Part shown: positions 18,765 to 27,646 of the stretch, in pieces
How the letters are laid out: each line of letters opens with the position of its first letter
Numbering within the stretch: position 1 is the first letter of the stretch
IMG/VR virus record: IMGVR_UViG_3300017700_000697
Coordinates: 1-43,206 of that record
DNA length: 43,206 nucleotides
DNA from: a virus
Lineage: Duplodnaviria; Caudoviricetes
Direction: 5' to 3' (one strand)
Made by a program: the position numbers and the translations under genes
Notes under the pieces: generated by a model
The model's database searches: none
Told to the model about the DNA's origin: nothing
The model's input: only the letters and a program-made list of their open reading frames with translations

Positions 18765-19529
18765 TGGCTTGTCCTCGTTGTTAGTAATTTCATTCTTGTC
18801 CTTGTCGTCTGTGGTTGTGTCATCTTCCTCTTTGGCTACTGCATTCAAGGCAACGATGACATTTTTTGGATCTCGGATATTTGGCAGAATCGCAACGTGG
18901 TTGTTCACGAGTTTTTCCGCAATAGCATTGTATTTTTTGCCGTTTGGTGCAATCCCTTCCTGTTTTCTAATTTTGATGAAGGAAATAAATGCCGATGTTC
19001 CGAACCCTGGTTTGTTTAAATTCTCTTTCGCATAGGCAACATTTGCCTCACCATGGAGAATCCCTTTAAGCATCGCTTTTTTTGTGCCCGAATCATACCA
19101 GGCTTCCAAAGGCCACCCGTCTACGTCTCGGTTATATTCCGACGTGTTCTTTTCGTGGGTTTGGACTTGGAGAGCCGATCGGGTAATTGTATCTAAATAA
19201 TCCTCGTCGGAAATTGCGGATTCAGGATAATATAAATTCGTTGTATCGGGGTAAGCGGCTCCAAGTTCCCCAGGGCCATACGTCAAAACATCCTCTGCGA
19301 TGACAGGAATGGTGATTTCGGCTGTCTGGATCTTCTGGTATTCATGGACAGCATTGACAGCCGTATTGTTTTTTGCCGAGGCAAGGGCTTTTTTCGCTTT
19401 TGGTTTCCGCTTGGGAGTAGGTTTCGGAACAGGTTTTAACAACTTTATGACACGAAAAAGGATATAGGAATTGAATGATAAAAACAAAAGTCCGAGGATC
19501 GAATAAATGTAGACTGTGAATTCGCTCAT
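18279..19529 (-). CDS. Prohead protease (DUF2213-like) fused to scaffold, with N-terminal TM helix
   Basis: VLTYGPGEL, LYYPESAIS, THE, NHVAILPNIR follow the DUF2213 pattern; K/E/D-rich helical C-terminus. Confidence 0.78.
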   Translation of the reverse strand: MSEFTVYIYSILGLLFLSFNSYILFRVIKLLKPVPKPTPKRKPKAKKALASAKNNTAVNAVHEYQKIQTAEITIPVIAEDVLTYGPGELGAAYPDTTNLYYPESAISDEDYLDTITRSALQVQTHEKNTSEYNRDVDGWPLEAWYDSGTKKAMLKGILHGEANVAYAKENLNKPGFGTSAFISFIKIRKQEGIAPNGKKYNAIAEKLVNNHVAILPNIRDPKNVIVALNAVAKEEDDTTTDDKDKNEITNNEDKPMPVDKDELRKAMNEIREEDAAKEDAINKAVKNELEKKEKEALKEAENKAKNEDKEETKSEEKAENTADEDKDDAEAANALPSDEMLKDFSDHLGIKFPKAPTLRQLGKMVGVEAKNSFELITALNAKRKEITSGSSDDKDTPEGKNSKETVGTLDEFLNKL

Positions 19530-19532
19530 TCT

Positions 19533-20225
19533 TTACCCTCTGACGATATAGCCTCGAAGTGGTTTCCCTCTCGCAGCTTCTTCCCAACATCGGCAACCCC
19601 AGTCTGTTCCTGGATGTCCCGTGTGAACATGCCCATAAGGACCTTCCGTAGTCGGTGGATCATCATAAGCGAAAATTTTATTCGCAAGTTTCCGGTGAGT
19701 CTTTCGAACTCGACTGTCCTCTTGCGTCTTCCAAACATAAACACCTGAAATCTGTTCGACTACTTGGTGGTTTATCTTCGTAGCGAGTTCAAAGGCTTGG
19801 TCTTCTCCGATCTGTTCGGATCGTTTTTCCAAGTTATCCGCAAAAGATAAAACCCTTGCAATGCGTCCTTCGTGTCTCTTTGCTTCTTCGATGAGCTTAG
19901 AGACTTCCTCGCGTTTCTTATCTTTGGACTCATCTAGTTTAATTTGCAAGTTCTTTTTTTTATCGTCTGCGACCTCTTGAACTTTTCCATAAATCGTGAC
20001 TTGGTCGGCGAGCCATTCATCTGCGAGGTCTCGGATCTCCGAACGCCGAAATGGATATTTCAGACGACGATAATGTTCTGCAAGTTCTCTCTCATATCGT
20101 TGCTTGAATCTCTCTGCACTTGTGATGAACTTGTCAAAAGATTCTCTCTCATACCAGACATCGATTGCGAGGTTACGAACTATATTCGCATAACTGGGTG
20201 CTAGGCGTTTGAAAATGTCAATCAA
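19533..20225 (-). CDS. Minor head protein (SPP1 gp7 / Mu gpF-like)
   Basis: YVWKTQEDSRVRKTH...HPGTDWGCRC signature. Confidence 0.92.
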   Translation of the reverse strand: MIDIFKRLAPSYANIVRNLAIDVWYERESFDKFITSAERFKQRYERELAEHYRRLKYPFRRSEIRDLADEWLADQVTIYGKVQEVADDKKKNLQIKLDESKDKKREEVSKLIEEAKRHEGRIARVLSFADNLEKRSEQIGEDQAFELATKINHQVVEQISGVYVWKTQEDSRVRKTHRKLANKIFAYDDPPTTEGPYGHVHTGHPGTDWGCRCWEEAARGKPLRGYIVRG

Positions 20226-21979
20226 AGCCCTTCGCCTTCCGACTTCTTATTGCCGCTTTGCCCTGGTAGGCTGTCGGCTCCGTCACCATTCCCTTCGCCT
20301 TCATCGTCACCAGGTTCCCCGCCTTCGCCTGGAAGAGTTCCTTCCTCGACTGACTCTGGCAATTCGTCCGAGTCTTCCATGAGTCCTTCTTTTTTGAAGA
20401 TGTCTTGGAGCTGTGGATAGTCCGCCATAGATATGATGTTTCGGATTCTTATCTCGTCTACTTCCTGTTTTTCCTTTTGTGTCGGTTCGTAAAGCGATTG
20501 GAATTCAATATCAAAATCGTCTTCTTTCTTCTTCCACTTGGTGAACCGTTTGTCCATGGTCAGGAGTTTGTTGATTGCAAACCTGTAAATCGGCTCGATC
20601 TGTGCTTCCTGGATGTCCGACCGGATGTCCTGATGAGTGGCGTGGATATTGAAGTTGTTCGCACTGTAGGCCGTATTCGACCCGTAAAAATAATCAGATT
20701 TTACACCAGAAAGCATTCCTTGGTAGTCTTTTACAACGTCGGCAACCTTCGAAAACCCTTCCGTAATGTTGTTGTTTAAGATGTCAAATTCTGCACCTTC
20801 CGGTAATTGCACAGTGGTCGAGAGAGATAATGTCGAGTTGATCTCAGCCGTCATCCTTTGCATACGGTCAAGAAGTGTATCGTTCTGGCCTTCCCCGCCC
20901 CATTTTTGTGTCATCACCTGCGCACGGATACAAAGGACTTTGATCGTATAGAGGTAGATGTTCACGGCTTCGGCTGCGTCTTTCAATTGATAGATTTTAT
21001 TTTTACCAATTGCATAAAGCGGTTCGAATCCAGGACAAAGGAAATGACCCGTAACCTCGTTTTGGATCATGTGACCTAAGACGTAGAGAGTGTTTACGCC
21101 GGTGAGATTCTCTACATAGTCGATCCTGGAATACTGGTAGGACGTCGCATAAGTGAACTGTGTGTCATTGAACGTATTAAATCGGATGGTCCCGTCGTCA
21201 TTTTTGATCGGAACGATGAGAGATCCCCTTGGGGAGAGAGCAGAATACAAAAGCATCTTTTGAATGATCTCTGTAAACCGAACCCGCTTTAACGCCTTGG
21301 TCATGGCTTCTAGAAGTTTGTCGTCGTCGAAATCCATGATTGGCATCTGCCTGGTTGACATCTGGATCGGGAGGTCGATGGTTTTTGAAAGGGTCGGGAT
21401 TGCTAGGTAGTCTTTATAGTTCCAGGAATAGGGACTGTAATCGATGTAGTTCGAAATCACGGTCGGGTCATTTGGTGTATTGATCTGAAGAGACCGGTCG
21501 GAATAGATCGAGTTGAATGCCTCGGAAAACTCTTTCGCTTCTTTGAGTTTTTTCACCTCGTCGGACCGAAAAGGGTTTTCTTTGCGTGAGTTGAAAGCGA
21601 CCGCATCTTTTTTGGAGATGATGTCTGTGAATCTAGTTTTGCCTTTCCCGTCTTTAGAATTTTTTGCGGAAACTGCAATTTGGGAATCCAAGGTCTTAAA
21701 AACGGCTCCCTGGAATTTCGCATAAAGGTGAAGGAAGTCATCGGACTCAAAGGTCATACCAGAGTATTTGGATTTCTTTTGTTCCTTCTGGTATTTTAGA
21801 TCTTGTTCGAGTCTTTGGTTTCTTGCGATTCCGTTGATGATTCCATGGAGTCCTTTGGAGTTTAAAACCCCTTGGATCTCTTTTAGAAGCATCCCGTTCG
21901 CTTGTAGCTTCTCGACTGGGAGATCTTTTAAGGCCTTGATTGCCAGATATAAAGTTTCTAATTGTTGTTCAACTCTCAT
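20222..21979 (-). CDS. Portal protein (DUF1073-like) with long N-terminal extension
   Basis: 585 aa upstream of gpF; LSGVKSDYFYG, DIQEAQIEP, FDIEFQSLYEPTQKEK; acidic tail. Confidence 0.82.
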   Translation of the reverse strand: MRVEQQLETLYLAIKALKDLPVEKLQANGMLLKEIQGVLNSKGLHGIINGIARNQRLEQDLKYQKEQKKSKYSGMTFESDDFLHLYAKFQGAVFKTLDSQIAVSAKNSKDGKGKTRFTDIISKKDAVAFNSRKENPFRSDEVKKLKEAKEFSEAFNSIYSDRSLQINTPNDPTVISNYIDYSPYSWNYKDYLAIPTLSKTIDLPIQMSTRQMPIMDFDDDKLLEAMTKALKRVRFTEIIQKMLLYSALSPRGSLIVPIKNDDGTIRFNTFNDTQFTYATSYQYSRIDYVENLTGVNTLYVLGHMIQNEVTGHFLCPGFEPLYAIGKNKIYQLKDAAEAVNIYLYTIKVLCIRAQVMTQKWGGEGQNDTLLDRMQRMTAEINSTLSLSTTVQLPEGAEFDILNNNITEGFSKVADVVKDYQGMLSGVKSDYFYGSNTAYSANNFNIHATHQDIRSDIQEAQIEPIYRFAINKLLTMDKRFTKWKKKEDDFDIEFQSLYEPTQKEKQEVDEIRIRNIISMADYPQLQDIFKKEGLMEDSDELPESVEEGTLPGEGGEPGDDEGEGNGDGADSLPGQSGNKKSEGEGL

Positions 21980-22404
21980 TCGTCTATGACCTCGTAGTTC
22001 ACATTCTTCACGAGAAGTCCTCTATGATACAAAGGATGGTTAAATCCTTTTCGCTTCACAGTCGAGGGAGCATTCGGAGTTGTTGAACCCATATTAATAA
22101 TTTCTTTCGTTTCTTTCACTGCGGACTGACCGATACCAGTAAGGAGAACTTTCAGTCGTTGGTCGAGGTCGGATTGCCTGACCTTCATCTGACCTGTAAG
22201 AACCGTATTCGCCAAGTTCTTTAGGAACGCCTCGATGTTCGGTTTCCTTGTATTCATGGCAGCCTCTAGGCCCATTCGGAAAGCTGGCCTCGGTGGGATT
22301 GTTCTCGTGCCGTATTCGTTCCAGATAGCAATCTTACCGAGTTCAACCGCATCACCGTTCTTCTCGACCATCACATTGTTTACACCGAATACAAGGGATT
22401 TCAT
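21976..22404 (-). CDS. Neck / tail-completion protein (Mu gpG / HK97 gp10-like)
   Basis: IAIWNEYGTRTIPPRPAFR and PNAPSTVKRKGFNHPL motifs. Confidence 0.82.
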   Translation of the reverse strand: MKSLVFGVNNVMVEKNGDAVELGKIAIWNEYGTRTIPPRPAFRMGLEAAMNTRKPNIEAFLKNLANTVLTGQMKVRQSDLDQRLKVLLTGIGQSAVKETKEIINMGSTTPNAPSTVKRKGFNHPLYHRGLLVKNVNYEVIDE

Positions 22405-23075
22405 ACAAGCGACCGATCCTTTCCAAACTCGTCATAAAAGTCCGCGTCGTCGCCTATCGTATCCCGAAGCCATGTATCGGAAAACTCGGCAAACTGTTCG
22501 CTTCCTTTGTTAAGTTTAGACTTCTCTTCATAAAACCACTTTACGTGTCCACCTGCAAGACAATTTCCTCGTCCGTGTTTGATGCCAATACAAAGTGGTT
22601 TTCCAAGTTCCACAGTCTGGCCTTCAAGTTGCCTCCAGAGTCCTGCGTCAACAATCACATCATCGATCATGTTCCAGTTAATTTTATCCACTGCATCGGC
22701 TCGGATACACATAGAAAAAGCACAGGAATTGTGTTCCTGGTTTTTGTAATACCAATAGGCTCGAAACTCTGGATGGTAAAACCATGTCTCTGCAATCCCG
22801 AAAACTTGCGGCTCATCTGCCCACTCATACATTTCGAGCATCTTCTCAATGTAATTTGCCGGATAGTAGTCGTCATCCTCCATGAAAAAAATAAGATCGA
22901 CCTCGGACTTCAAAGTCTCAAGGCCCTGCCTGTATTTCTCTTTCAAGGTTGTGCCGGTCCCGCTTAAAAAAACTTTTGCGTCCGTTTTGACTGTTTGGCG
23001 GTCAATGTAAAACACACACCTCTCGAAAAGGTGCGGCCTTTTGCCATTTGTTGGAATGATGATCCCGATTTTCAT
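22401..23075 (-). CDS. Glycosyltransferase, GT2-like (GT-A)
   Basis: IGIIIPT..R, RQT, FFMEDDDYY, D..LW; no TM. Confidence 0.88.
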   Translation of the reverse strand: MKIGIIIPTNGKRPHLFERCVFYIDRQTVKTDAKVFLSGTGTTLKEKYRQGLETLKSEVDLIFFMEDDDYYPANYIEKMLEMYEWADEPQVFGIAETWFYHPEFRAYWYYKNQEHNSCAFSMCIRADAVDKINWNMIDDVIVDAGLWRQLEGQTVELGKPLCIGIKHGRGNCLAGGHVKWFYEEKSKLNKGSEQFAEFSDTWLRDTIGDDADFYDEFGKDRSLV

Positions 23076-24382
23076 TAATTATGCACCAAAAGTGCGCCCG
23101 CAACCTTCTTCATGCGACCCCACCCTCCATTTTTACTTGCTACCATTTCTAAATAATCCCAGTCAGATGAATGCCTCATGGAAGGCCATCCAGTTTTCCC
23201 GGCTATCTCTGACCTTATGAGAGCCGAGGCACAATCAATGTATCCTTGTTGTGGCTTGCAGTCGATGACACCGTATCCGTCCGTAATGTGCGCCGCACCA
23301 TCCACCTGCCCTTTCGCTGGTTCGTATTGTCCGAGTGGGCCAGCATAGTTATGAACCATCTGGGAACAGTAGGACCCGATCCACTGGTTATCCTTTTCCA
23401 AAGGTGCGACGAGCTTTTCTAAATAGTGAGGAACGTGGAAATTGTCGTCGTTCGTTATGACCACGTAGTCACATACAATTTCCTTCGCTCTGATTTTGTT
23501 CAGCCAGTCTACCCGCGTGGGATGTCCATAGTTTTGCCTATCCCTCGCCGTCTCGAAAAATTTAATTCGATCATCTTTGAATCTTGGAAAATTATGCGGC
23601 GCAGGCCCCGAATGAACGAGGTGAAGTTCCCAGTTCTCATAAGTCTGGTTCATCATGGAGGCGACAATCGTCGGATAGCGAATGAAACACGGAGAAATCA
23701 CTGCCACCTTGGAAGGAGGCAATTCGAACTCCCAATATCTAAGGAACTCTTTTGTCCGGTCAGTCCACTGCATCCCACCGCCTTCGGTGTCAAATACCGG
23801 AGACGTTTTTAGAGGTGCGATCTGACGGGCTTCCAAGCCCATTGCGAGGATCTGCTGGTGGAATGTGTTTTTTAAGGAACGGTGTTCGAAGCCGTAACAG
23901 TCGTCTTTTGTTTTGATTTGGTTCTGTTCGAATTGGATCTTTGGGAGCGTTTCGATCCGTAGACAAAAACCAGTGGTGCGGACATGCCTCCGAACCTGTG
24001 GAGAAATCTCGTAACAGGTGGTCCCGACTTTTGGATCCTCGAACGGCTTCAAATAGTAGTCCAGGAAATCCTTTTGGATGGGCATCGTGTCGTCTGTGAA
24101 CCAGAGAAGGAACTCGAAGTCTAAATCGAATCCTCGAAGCCGATTCCGACAAACGTCTTGAAAAACCCCGATGTCGTAGCCACCGGCTTGCCTCGGAATG
24201 TATTTTACATTTGGTCTGGACCCAAAGTAAGTTTGGAACTTGTCGATGTTATTTTTCGGATGGACATTGTGGATGATTCGAAGCTCCGCATCTGGGAGGT
24301 TCAACTTGTCCCAGATTTGCAACCACCGTTTTAGGTTTTTAAGTCGGTCGTGGATGACGACTGCAATGACGGTGCGGATCAC
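23075..24382 (-). CDS. Two-domain glycosyltransferase (tandem GT-A)
   Basis: N-domain GYDIG and LLWFTDD; C-domain VAVISP, NQTYENWEL, VVITNDDN, SSDWDY; no TM. Confidence 0.85.
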   Translation of the reverse strand: MIRTVIAVVIHDRLKNLKRWLQIWDKLNLPDAELRIIHNVHPKNNIDKFQTYFGSRPNVKYIPRQAGGYDIGVFQDVCRNRLRGFDLDFEFLLWFTDDTMPIQKDFLDYYLKPFEDPKVGTTCYEISPQVRRHVRTTGFCLRIETLPKIQFEQNQIKTKDDCYGFEHRSLKNTFHQQILAMGLEARQIAPLKTSPVFDTEGGGMQWTDRTKEFLRYWEFELPPSKVAVISPCFIRYPTIVASMMNQTYENWELHLVHSGPAPHNFPRFKDDRIKFFETARDRQNYGHPTRVDWLNKIRAKEIVCDYVVITNDDNFHVPHYLEKLVAPLEKDNQWIGSYCSQMVHNYAGPLGQYEPAKGQVDGAAHITDGYGVIDCKPQQGYIDCASALIRSEIAGKTGWPSMRHSSDWDYLEMVASKNGGWGRMKKVAGALLVHN

Positions 24383-25605
24383 GTTGCAACCTCCAACCAG
24401 GGAATAAACGTCACGAACTTACAGGAGTCTTTTACGAATTTTCCTTCTCTCAAACTTTGTTTAATTTCGTCCTTAATGTTCCAAGGGAAAATAATCACGT
24501 AATCAGGGTCGAACGCTTTCATCTCGCCCTCGGAGACAATCGGGATGCGAGATCCTGGCATGAACTTCCCTTGCTTGGCTGGTGATACATCCGCGACCAT
24601 GGAAATGAATCTGTTGTTGGCCCCGACGTAGTTTAGAAACGTGTTGCCTTTCGCTGCGGCTCCGTAGCCTGCAACTTTGCCGCCTTTCTCCCTTACGTGT
24701 CTTTGGAATAGTTCGAAATCCATTTTGATCTCTTCGATGTCGCCCTGGAAGGAATCATAGAATTCCATATTTTTGAGGCCGCAGAGTTCTTCTTTGTATA
24801 GGAGGTCTGTGACAGATTTTTGGATTGGATGCCCATGCTCTTTGATTCCACCATATACCCGAAGGCTCCCCCCGTGCGTAGGGATTTCCTCGACATCATA
24901 AATCTCTAAGCCATTCGTTTCGGATACTTTCACAAGTGCCGTAAGGGACAGATACGAATAATGTTCATGATAGATCGTATCGAACTGGTTGTGTCTGATC
25001 AGATTCAAAAGGTGCGGAAATTCAAACGTCACCGTCCCGTCGCCTGCGAGTAGTAAGGTCACACCAGAAAGGAAACCATTGATGTCTGGGACGTGTGCAA
25101 GGACATTGTTACCAAGGATGAGATTTGCGTATCCGTAGTCCGCCACCATCTTTTCAGCGAGTGCGACACCAAAGAAGTCCTCGACCACATGGATGTCTTT
25201 CTCTCTGGCCTTCTCGGCCGTGCTTGTGGTTGGTTCGACTCCAATCGGATATATGCCCTTCTCTTTGAAGTATTGGAGAAGGTAGCCATCATTGCAAGCG
25301 ATCTCTACGACCCGACTCGACGAATCTAGTGCGAGTCTTTCGGTGATCATATCCACGTAGGCTTTGGAGTGTTCCAGGAACGATTTTGACATGGACGAGA
25401 AGTAGGCGTAGTCTTTGGAAAACATTTCCTCTCGATCAACGAAATCCTCGGTCTGGACCAAATAACATTCATGGCAGACGAATACTTTGAGAGGGTATTT
25501 CTTTTCGGGTTCGTCTTTTTTGGCAAGGTAGGAATTGGACGGTGGTTGAATCCCCAAGTCCACGAATACTTTGGTTAGGTGCGTTCCGCAGTGTCTACAG
25601 TTCAT
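24379..25605 (-). CDS. SAM-dependent NDP-hexose C-methyltransferase
   Basis: Zn site CRHC/CHEC, VVEIACNDG, NVLAHVPD, FDTIYHEHYSY, THGGSLR, GYGAAAKGNT (TylC3/NovU-type architecture). Confidence 0.93.
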   Translation of the reverse strand: MNCRHCGTHLTKVFVDLGIQPPSNSYLAKKDEPEKKYPLKVFVCHECYLVQTEDFVDREEMFSKDYAYFSSMSKSFLEHSKAYVDMITERLALDSSSRVVEIACNDGYLLQYFKEKGIYPIGVEPTTSTAEKAREKDIHVVEDFFGVALAEKMVADYGYANLILGNNVLAHVPDINGFLSGVTLLLAGDGTVTFEFPHLLNLIRHNQFDTIYHEHYSYLSLTALVKVSETNGLEIYDVEEIPTHGGSLRVYGGIKEHGHPIQKSVTDLLYKEELCGLKNMEFYDSFQGDIEEIKMDFELFQRHVREKGGKVAGYGAAAKGNTFLNYVGANNRFISMVADVSPAKQGKFMPGSRIPIVSEGEMKAFDPDYVIIFPWNIKDEIKQSLREGKFVKDSCKFVTFIPWLEVAT

Positions 25606-26405
25606 TTGATGATCCTTTTTAATCTCTCGTTGTTACCCCAAAAAGAGAACGCTCCATAGTCTCCATGGGGCCGGATGCTTTCGCCGATTTCCATATCATA
25701 TCCCTTGTCTTTGATGTAGCTTTCTAAAAATGACTTAATTGTGATAGGCTCGCCAGAACATACATTGATGATCCCTGTAACTTTCGTTTGGACCGCACAT
25801 TTAACGATATATTCAGCGGCGATTTCTATCGGAAGGTAGTCTCTGACTTTTGCACCACCTGAAATAACGAATTTCTTTTCGCCATTTCTAACGGCTTGTT
25901 CCAGTGTCGGAATAAGCGAACTTTTCCTTTGCCCGTCGCCATATAAATAGAAAAGTCTAAGCCATTTTAGATCATATCTGGAATTGGACAATGCCCGCCT
26001 AAGAGTATCCTTCGCTATCCCATAATTATTCGTTGGATTCGGTGCCATTGTCTCGACAAGTTCGCCTTCCATTTGACCATATTCGAAGCAGGTCCCCGTA
26101 ACCGTAATGTTCCGAACGCCTCGGTCTACGAACCCTTTGATTATTGTATAGGAGTCCGCAATAAATTTTAGATGATTAATACTGTCATAGTAATCCAGGT
26201 CAGGCCATGCAAGATAGATAATAGCATCAGGCATAGTCTCAATATTCGCCACCCTGCCAGTGATGTAAGTAACCCGTTCGTCGGCAATTTTAGGAAATGA
26301 CCCAACAGAAATCGGTGCGATCACCTCGATGTCTGGACGTTTGAGAAGTTCCTTTACAACGTATCCGCCGATCCATCCACTAGAACCAATGACTAAAATT
26401 TTCAT
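25602..26405 (-). CDS. NAD-dependent epimerase / NDP-4-keto-6-deoxyhexose reductase (extended SDR)
   Basis: GSSGWIG, GTCFEYG, YGIAK, RLFYLYG, RDYL; ATG overlaps terL stop. Confidence 0.9.
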   Translation of the reverse strand: MKILVIGSSGWIGGYVVKELLKRPDIEVIAPISVGSFPKIADERVTYITGRVANIETMPDAIIYLAWPDLDYYDSINHLKFIADSYTIIKGFVDRGVRNITVTGTCFEYGQMEGELVETMAPNPTNNYGIAKDTLRRALSNSRYDLKWLRLFYLYGDGQRKSSLIPTLEQAVRNGEKKFVISGGAKVRDYLPIEIAAEYIVKCAVQTKVTGIINVCSGEPITIKSFLESYIKDKGYDMEIGESIRPHGDYGAFSFWGNNERLKRIIK

Positions 26406-27646
26406 CGTCTTTTTTTGCTCATAAGGTATATATACTTTTTCAATGCTTGTGAAGTCTGCCATAGTTTAATCCCTCCCGCGAGTGAGTCAATCTCATCCTC
26501 GTGCTTGTCTTTCTTTTTGTAACTGATAACACGGTTCTTATATTCGGACGGTGTGGATTCTACCATGAATAGTCTGTCCTTGTTACCTGCCACTTCCAAC
26601 ATGATCCTCTCGTGTTTGTTTTTGGTTTGGTGAAACCAGGACCAATGATTCTTTACGGACACACCAAGGATCTTTTCGCGCTCCTTGAACCTATCAATAA
26701 ACGTCACGGTCGAGTCCCCAAGCTGGGATTCCAGACAAGATTCAATTGGTTTGTATTTGTCGAGGAATCGTAAAAGGTCGTCGATGACTTCCGGGTTCGT
26801 GATAGACTTCTGCCACGACATTCCAGTGAATTCTATAGGCCAGTATTTGGACTCCTTGGAGCCTTGCGGGACAAATCCGACTATGGACACGGCTGTGCGG
26901 TCTGAGACCGTAGAATCGGAAAAGGACCCGTCAATAAAGGCAACGAGATAAGGCGACGTAAACTGTGGAATCGTTTGGAAAGCTCCAATGATCTCGTCTC
27001 CATAGATTCGATATTTCCCGCACCACTTATGGAGGTATTTGTCCGGGTGGTGCTTTTTGTCGTATTCCATTTCCTCGCGGAGAACATCTGGGAAATGTGG
27101 GTTATCCCAGTAGTTGATTTCAATGAGTTCGCAGTCGTTTCGTAAGCCGTCACGAGCCGGGACAGTGAATTCTTTGTCGATTGCGTCTTCTTCGCTTTTT
27201 GGGTTATACGTAAATATGATTTGCGATCCATTCTTTCGGATGGTAGGCGTAAGGTCTTCTAGAGATTGCGAACTTGTGTCCTGTGCTTCCTCGACCCAGC
27301 AAAGATCAATCCCTTCCGTCGATTTAACATTGTTAGAATTGTTCCAGAGGCCTTTGAAGATAAACTCGGAACCGTTCAAACATTTGATCGATTTCTGTTG
27401 GATCATAAAAAACTTATCGAGTCCTAGCCTAGAAATGGTTTCCCTAAGTAGCCTATGGACTGAATCGTCAATCGACATCTGAACTTCACGGACGCAAAGG
27501 ATTCGTATCTTCGATTGGATCGCTTGGAGAATAAGGAAAGCGGCGACAGTCCAGGATTTCGATGACCCTCGACCCCCGTAAAGAATAATGTATCGTTTCT
27601 TAGAACGAAAGAGTTCTTTTGTTTTTTCTGGAAATTTAATTTCCAT
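26402..27646 (-). CDS. terL: Terminase large subunit (PBSX/SPP1-like)
   Basis: YGGRGSSKS Walker A, WVEEA Walker B, TYNP, INYWDNP, HEDEIDSL. Confidence 0.96.
   Translation of the reverse strand: MEIKFPEKTKELFRSKKRYIILYGGRGSSKSWTVAAFLILQAIQSKIRILCVREVQMSIDDSVHRLLRETISRLGLDKFFMIQQKSIKCLNGSEFIFKGLWNNSNNVKSTEGIDLCWVEEAQDTSSQSLEDLTPTIRKNGSQIIFTYNPKSEEDAIDKEFTVPARDGLRNDCELIEINYWDNPHFPDVLREEMEYDKKHHPDKYLHKWCGKYRIYGDEIIGAFQTIPQFTSPYLVAFIDGSFSDSTVSDRTAVSIVGFVPQGSKESKYWPIEFTGMSWQKSITNPEVIDDLLRFLDKYKPIESCLESQLGDSTVTFIDRFKEREKILGVSVKNHWSWFHQTKNKHERIMLEVAGNKDRLFMVESTPSEYKNRVISYKKKDKHEDEIDSLAGGIKLWQTSQALKKYIYLMSKKRR

Noticed and set aside
19342-19744. Overlapping same-strand ORFs 19526-19744 and 19342-19596 as a frameshift product
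   Set aside because: No slippery site or motif; the gpF and protease frames already account for the sequence
22401-24382. GTs as DNA-hypermodification or gtrABC seroconversion enzymes
   Set aside because: No base hydroxymethylase, phage polymerase, flippase or membrane GT, and the genes sit in the late operon; disfavoured, not excluded
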